DNA of 64,000 nucleotides from an uncultured Bifidobacterium sp. (GTDB lineage Bacteria; Acidobacteriota; Vicinamibacteria; Vicinamibacterales; CAVVIG01): NCBI GenBank assembly GCA_964577955.1, contig CAZOAZ010000001.1, positions 116,357 to 180,356 of the forward strand, read 5' to 3'. Shown piece by piece: positions 59,727 to 64,000 of this stretch (position 1 is its first letter; each line of letters starts with the position of its first letter). The notes under the pieces were generated by a model. It saw only the letters and a program-made list of their open reading frames with translations, ran no database searches and was not told where the DNA came from. The position numbers and the translations under genes were made by a program.

Positions 59727-60877
59727 CCGACCACCCACGTTTCGTCCGTTGTCCGGAGGAAACGCTCGGCTTCGGCAAGATCGAGTCCTGCCTCTGTCAG
59801 CGTCGGAGGCCGATACCAGGGCCATTTCGCGAATCGTTCGATCGCCGTCCGGTGCACGTGCTCGCCCGGCGCGAGCCGCCGCGGCCTGCCTTTGAACCCG
59901 GTTGTCAGCGCGGGAATCGTCCACTCCGCTGGCTCGTAGTCGCCGTCGTCGCGCCGGCGTCTCGAGCGGCGCGGCACGAGTTCGGCTGGTTTCCAGAAGG
60001 TCGTCATGCTGTCGTGCTGGTTCGTTGCGAAATCGGGCTCGGAACTTCGAGCGGTACCAAGAACCGCAGCCAATCGCGCCGGATCGAAGGCCAGGTCGGC
60101 GATTTGTGGATCTGAAGGAACCTTCCCGACCTCGCGGATCATCCAGTCGAGCGTAATCGCCCAGAGCCGTCCGGTGTTTGCATCGTAGCCACCGCCGACG
60201 TCGCTGTGCACACCGGCGAACCAGAATTCGGCGACGTGCTGGTGCGCGAGCGTGGTCCAGCGATTCTGCCGAAAGAACGCGCGGCGTTCGTCGATGGCGA
60301 TGGCGTGCGCGACTCGCTGGACCGCGGGGTTCCTGGCCGTGTTCGGCCAGTGAATCGGCGACCAGACATTGCCCATCGAGGTCACGGTGTCCCACAAACC
60401 GAGAAACTCGATCGTCACGGGGCGAGAGAACGTCTTCTTGAAGCCACCGACGACCGGAAAGTCTCCCGCGTGTTGAAAGAGACGCATCGCGTACGGCTCG
60501 AGCGTCAAGAGCTGCGGCTCCAGAAGGCCGACGCGATAGAGCATCGCCGCCAGCGCCCGGGCCTCCAGCGCGCCGCGGCTGAACCCGAAGAGGAACAGGC
60601 GATCGCCGGGCTGGTAGGTCTGGGCGAGAAAAGCGTACGCGTCGGATACGTTTTGACTGACGCCAAGACCGAACGCCAGCCCCAGGAGCATCTGGACCTT
60701 CTGCGACGTCTTCGAGAGCGTGCCGGGCTCCCAAATCGTTCCCACCCCAGGGTCGTAGTAGGCGATCTGTGTCGTCGGACTGTGCGCGAGCGCCTGAAAG
60801 AGACGGACGACGTTGGTGTTGTGAGCGGAGAATTGGTTGTCCGTGCCGTCGAGGCACACAACGAGGTTGCGGGGCAT
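59654..60877 (-). CDS. DUF2235 (Tle1-like) alpha/beta hydrolase domain protein
   Basis: Motifs LVVCLDGTDNQF, FGFSRGA and HSDVGGGY are the hallmark DUF2235 blocks. The overlapping track ORF 59694..60893 is Arg-rich and spurious. Confidence 0.8.
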   Translation of the reverse strand: MPRNLVVCLDGTDNQFSAHNTNVVRLFQALAHSPTTQIAYYDPGVGTIWEPGTLSKTSQKVQMLLGLAFGLGVSQNVSDAYAFLAQTYQPGDRLFLFGFSRGALEARALAAMLYRVGLLEPQLLTLEPYAMRLFQHAGDFPVVGGFKKTFSRPVTIEFLGLWDTVTSMGNVWSPIHWPNTARNPAVQRVAHAIAIDERRAFFRQNRWTTLAHQHVAEFWFAGVHSDVGGGYDANTGRLWAITLDWMIREVGKVPSDPQIADLAFDPARLAAVLGTARSSEPDFATNQHDSMTTFWKPAELVPRRSRRRRDDGDYEPAEWTIPALTTGFKGRPRRLAPGEHVHRTAIERFAKWPWYRPPTLTEAGLDLAEAERFLRTTDETWVVGQKLPVAPPPPERPSPNVGGVGTG

Positions 60878-60891
60878 GTGGCTGGGCTCGC

Positions 60892-60917
60892 ACAGGCTAA
60901 GGCCTGTCCCTCGCGAT
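60892..60917. repeat. REP-like family B palindrome in the 5' leader of the DUF2235 gene
   Basis: gcacaggctaaggcctgtccctcgcg lies 15-40 nt upstream of the start at 60877. Confidence 0.5.
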
Positions 60918-61021
60918 GTCGAGTCGATACAACTTGTTACAGGTCCTTCAAAAGCAGCTCTGTACAGTCCCGTCAGGCGGTAAACTGACGCCCGTCTCGT
61001 TCACTCTTTGAGGGTTCGCCC

Positions 61022-62650
61022 ATGTCCCGACGCCTGACGTTCTTCGCCACGCTTTTCGCGCTCGCCGTTGTTGCGGTGGCCTTTGCCCAGACCCGTCCCC
61101 GGCCCGCCGGCGCAGCGGCGCCGCCCGCGGGGCCGTGGTTTGGCGTCCCGCTGCCGCCGAAACTGAGCGGCGTCCCGGCGGTGATCGTCGGCGACCGCGG
61201 CGTCCGGCCGGCCATCGTGCCGCAGGGCGAGGCGAGCTACCGCGAACTCGAAGGCAAGACGATCCGCGCCGACCTCGAAACCATCGTCGGCTTCTCGAAG
61301 GAGAGCCGCGCAACGAAGGAAGTGGGTACGGGCCAACTGTGGGGACGCATCACCGGCCTGCCGTCGAGCAGCAAGACGATTCGCTGGGCCGCGGATCAGT
61401 TGACGAAGGCCGGGATCAAGGACGTCAAGCTTCAGGAAATGTCGCAGGATGCCAACTCGCGGCTGACGCTGCAGACGGCGTGGGAAGTGAAGCTGCTCGG
61501 CGACGCGACGTTCGGTCCCGGAACCGCGGATCTGATTCTCGAATCGGCGATGCCGGTCGGCAATGAAATCCCTGGCGGCACGCTGACGGCGCCGCTCGCG
61601 TTCGCCGGATCGGCGGATCAGGCGATCATTCCGAAGCTCGACGTCAAGGGGAAGATCGCCGTGCAACTCGTCGTCCCGCAGGCGCACATGGTGTTCGACC
61701 GCGGCGCGGTGTCGCCGCGCGGACAGGAATTGATGAAGCGCGGCGCGGTCGCGGTGCTCACGCTGCTGCGGCATCCGGGCAACGAGCACGCGAAGGATCT
61801 CGGTGGCTGCGGCGGTCCCTGCTTCAACATCGGCGGCAAGGACGGCTGGTTCCTCGAACGCGTGCTCAACCGCGCGGCGGAGCAGGGTAAAGAAGTGCGC
61901 GCGCAGCTGTCGCTCAAGATGGAGAGCCGCACCGGCTTGAAGGCCGAAAACGCGGTTGCGGTCATTCCTGGCAAGAGCGAGGAAGTCATCGTCCTCGATG
62001 CGCACGCGGACGCGTGGTTCGACGGCGCGGGCGACAACGGCGACGGCCTCGCCGTGTTGCTGGCACTGGGTCGCCATTTCGCGAAGCCCGAAAACAAACC
62101 GGATCGGACGCTCGCGCTGATCGTCAGCGCCGGGCATCATACGGCGGGGCTGAACGGTCCGCGCGGGTTCGTCAACGCGAATCCGGATCTCGTCAAGCGC
62201 GCGGTCGTGGCGGTCAACATCGAGCACGTCGCGCAGCGCAACTTCGGTCTCGGCAGAAGCGTCGCCGCCGACGGCTATCGCGAAACGGTCGCCGACTCCG
62301 GCGAAGCGCCGATTACCGCCGGCATCACCAACGAGTCGCCGTATCTCAACACGCTGTTCCAGCAGGGCGTGGCACGCTACGGCACCAACTTCGTGTCCGA
62401 GCCGTCGCCGATGGCGAGCGGCGAGAGCGGTGGGTTCGCGCCGATGAACGTCGCGGTGATCACCATCATGCAGGCGCCGCCGCTCTACCACACGACCGGC
62501 GAGGTGCTGGACGTGATCTCGACGCCAGGCCTCGAGCGCATGGCGCGCTTCCTGGCCTACTTCGTCAAGCAGGCGGGCAAGGCGCCGAAGACGGACATCA
62601 ATCCTCCGGGCCGTCAGAACCGCCGCGCCACCGACGACGACCGGCAGTAG
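61022..62650 (+). CDS. Secreted M28-family aminopeptidase with a PA domain
   Basis: Signal peptide MSRRLTFFATLFALAVVAVAFAQ. Zinc-ligand blocks VLDAHADAW, FDGAGDNGDGLAVLLALG and SAGHHTAG. Confidence 0.8.
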   Translation: MSRRLTFFATLFALAVVAVAFAQTRPRPAGAAAPPAGPWFGVPLPPKLSGVPAVIVGDRGVRPAIVPQGEASYRELEGKTIRADLETIVGFSKESRATKEVGTGQLWGRITGLPSSSKTIRWAADQLTKAGIKDVKLQEMSQDANSRLTLQTAWEVKLLGDATFGPGTADLILESAMPVGNEIPGGTLTAPLAFAGSADQAIIPKLDVKGKIAVQLVVPQAHMVFDRGAVSPRGQELMKRGAVAVLTLLRHPGNEHAKDLGGCGGPCFNIGGKDGWFLERVLNRAAEQGKEVRAQLSLKMESRTGLKAENAVAVIPGKSEEVIVLDAHADAWFDGAGDNGDGLAVLLALGRHFAKPENKPDRTLALIVSAGHHTAGLNGPRGFVNANPDLVKRAVVAVNIEHVAQRNFGLGRSVAADGYRETVADSGEAPITAGITNESPYLNTLFQQGVARYGTNFVSEPSPMASGESGGFAPMNVAVITIMQAPPLYHTTGEVLDVISTPGLERMARFLAYFVKQAGKAPKTDINPPGRQNRRATDDDRQ

Positions 62651-62659
62651 ACATCACGC

Positions 62660-62730
62660 CTTGTGGGGTCCGGCTTCAGCCGGACCTCACGCCTCATCCA
62701 TGCAATCCGGCTAAAGCCGGACGCCACCGG
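62660..62730. repeat. REP-like family A: a perfect 20-bp palindrome (ggtccggcttcagccggacc), then aatccggctaaagccggacgccacc
   Basis: Seen directly between the M28 gene stop and the Big-domain gene stop. Confidence 0.6.
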
Positions 62731-62741
62731 ACTCCGCTGTC

Positions 62742-63866
62742 CTACTGTTTTGTCAGCGTCACGGCGACGCTGCCGGCCATGCGCGCAACAAATGGTTGGC
62801 CGGGTGGAATGGCCGCCGCTGGCGATAGCGTCGTGTCGCGGCTGAGAGTCAACGTGCCGGTGATCATGTCGTTTGCCAGCACACCAGAAAAAGCTATCGA
62901 TTGCACTTCGTCAATGGGTCCGGTGGAGGTCGACGACCGGTCAGTGTACGTGCCGGTCGCCGTCAAATTCGACGCCGTGCCCGATACCGGGGCCTGCTGG
63001 CCGATGTCGCCCGAACGCCAGGGGACCGTGCAGAGGCGATCGGTGCCGGCATCGATCACCCAGTTCGCGTCAATCTGTCCGCTCACGTTGCTGCTGTCGC
63101 TGCCAGAGAAGATGACGATCGACACGGTCCCGGTCATCGTGATCGGGATGGTGCACGTGCCGGTCGGTTGGCCGTTCAGTGAGAACTGACTGAATTGTGA
63201 AGTCGTGATCGTAAACGCGCTTCGGTACTCGGTGCCACTGTCCGAGAGCGCTTGCGTAGCAACCAGGGTACCGCCCGCTGCCGCGCCGCCGACGATCCCA
63301 ATCGTCGTAGTCGAGAGTCCGCCACCGGCGGATCCGCCGGTTCCCGCGCCCGCGGTCGTGCCGGTCGATGTCGCGCTGGCACCAGCGCTCGATGCCGCGG
63401 CGGCTTGCGCGGCGGTCATCACGTTGGTCTGGACGATCGTCGCGGCCGCGGTCTGTCCCTGAAAAGCGGCTGATGCGGTGATTTGCAGCGTGCCAGTCCC
63501 GGTCGGCGTGAGTCCGGCGGCGGTCGCGCGCCCGGCGGCGTTCGTCGTGACCGTCAACGCGCGGCCGCCGTTGAACGAGGCGCGTCCATTGCGAATCGCG
63601 AACCTCACCGCAAGGCCGGCGACCGGCTGATTGTTGCGGTCGCGCACTTCGACGACCGGCGCGACAGCGGTCTTCTGTTGGACGACGTTGATCGCGTCCT
63701 CACCCTCGAGCACGACGATCCGCATTCGCGCGCCGACGGCCTGACCCGCGAACGCCGGGCTTCCGCTGAGCAGTCCGAAGACCGCGAGTGTCGCGAACAG
63801 TCGTTCCACATGGAAAGTATAAGGAAGGCGCCCACCGGGGCGCACCTCGCACCTAGCACTTCGCAC
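62742..63866 (-). CDS. Secreted Ig-like (Big-type) domain protein, a paralogue of 39594..40772
   Basis: Shared N-terminal region (RIVVLEGEDAINVVQQKTAVAPVVEVRDRNNQPVAGLAVRF vs RILVLAGEDAVNIVQQQTATAPLVEVRDRNNLPVSGAVVTF). The C-terminal half is Thr/Ser/Gly-rich with no PKD motif. The start may be downstream of 63866. Confidence 0.65.
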   Translation of the reverse strand: MRSARCEVRPGGRLPYTFHVERLFATLAVFGLLSGSPAFAGQAVGARMRIVVLEGEDAINVVQQKTAVAPVVEVRDRNNQPVAGLAVRFAIRNGRASFNGGRALTVTTNAAGRATAAGLTPTGTGTLQITASAAFQGQTAAATIVQTNVMTAAQAAAASSAGASATSTGTTAGAGTGGSAGGGLSTTTIGIVGGAAAGGTLVATQALSDSGTEYRSAFTITTSQFSQFSLNGQPTGTCTIPITMTGTVSIVIFSGSDSSNVSGQIDANWVIDAGTDRLCTVPWRSGDIGQQAPVSGTASNLTATGTYTDRSSTSTGPIDEVQSIAFSGVLANDMITGTLTLSRDTTLSPAAAIPPGQPFVARMAGSVAVTLTKQ

Positions 63867-63935
63867 TACAGGTGGTGCCGTGCCAGCCGATTGCTGTTTG
63901 AAGCCAGTCGCAACAGTTTCCTTAGGAGCCGGCTG

Positions 63936-64000
63936 ATGTTCGTTCGTTCCAGACTCGCGGTCGCTGGAATTGCCGTCGCCTGCACGCTCGCGGCGACGCG
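63936..64000 (+). CDS. 5' end of a gene encoding a secreted protein (partial, runs off the window)
   Basis: AGGAG SD at 63924-63928, then ATG 63936: MFVRSRLAVAGIAVACTLAAT (signal peptide-like). Confidence 0.45.
   Translation, partial: MFVRSRLAVAGIAVACTLAAT

Noticed and set aside
59654-60877. Calling a type VI secretion system on the basis of DUF2235
   Set aside because: No T6SS structural, VgrG, PAAR or immunity genes are in the window. DUF2235 alone is insufficient.
1-64000. tRNA, rRNA, CRISPR array, transposase or integrase genes
   Set aside because: I scanned intergenic regions for T-loop-like GGTTCRAATCC motifs, regularly spaced direct repeats, and transposase-like ORFs. None were found. 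The repeats present are palindromic REP-like elements and heptamer microsatellites, not CRISPR.

Overview
This is a roughly 68-70% GC window of chromosomal DNA with no rRNA, tRNA, CRISPR, transposase or integrase signal. I would guess it comes from an Acidobacteria-like soil bacterium (Solibacter/Bryobacter type). That guess rests on a PEP-CTERM protein, a TIGR03435-like secreted protein, an ECF sigma factor paired with Ser/Thr kinases, and many secreted beta-propeller proteins. About 50 genes are supportable:

- Regulators and kinases: three Hanks-type Ser/Thr kinases, one of which carries an in-frame TAG; an ECF sigma factor; a GntR regulator; a sigma-54 enhancer-binding protein; a hybrid histidine kinase.
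- Transporters: an ABC ATPase with two tandem ABC-2 permeases; an amino-acid ABC system whose binding protein is fused to the permease; an AI-2E transporter.
- Enzymes: VOC, Tat-secreted alpha/beta hydrolase, PAF-acetylhydrolase-like lipase, B3-type metallo-beta-lactamase fold, M28 peptidase, DUF2235.
- Envelope or secreted proteins: flotillin, DUF2207, DUF2157-like, Kelch, NHL x2, Big/PKD x2.

The most interesting feature is a tightly coupled minus-strand operon at about 39.6-53.4 kb. It encodes four very large uncharacterised cytoplasmic proteins (754, 847, 1231 and 532 aa) with no motif I recognise. These are followed by a subtilase (S8) with no signal peptide and a secreted Big/PKD protein. 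A perfect palindrome precedes the operon, and diverged paralogues of the Big-domain gene bracket a roughly 22-kb segment.

The window is also dense in two related REP-like palindromic repeat families with a GGCTTYAGCC core (more than 14 copies). It also has G-rich quadruplex-type tracts, heptamer microsatellites in two promoter/5'UTR regions, and several operator-like palindromes.

Base-level reading was done by eye and can be off by a base in places. Wherever the ORF track disagreed with my reading, I took the track as authoritative.
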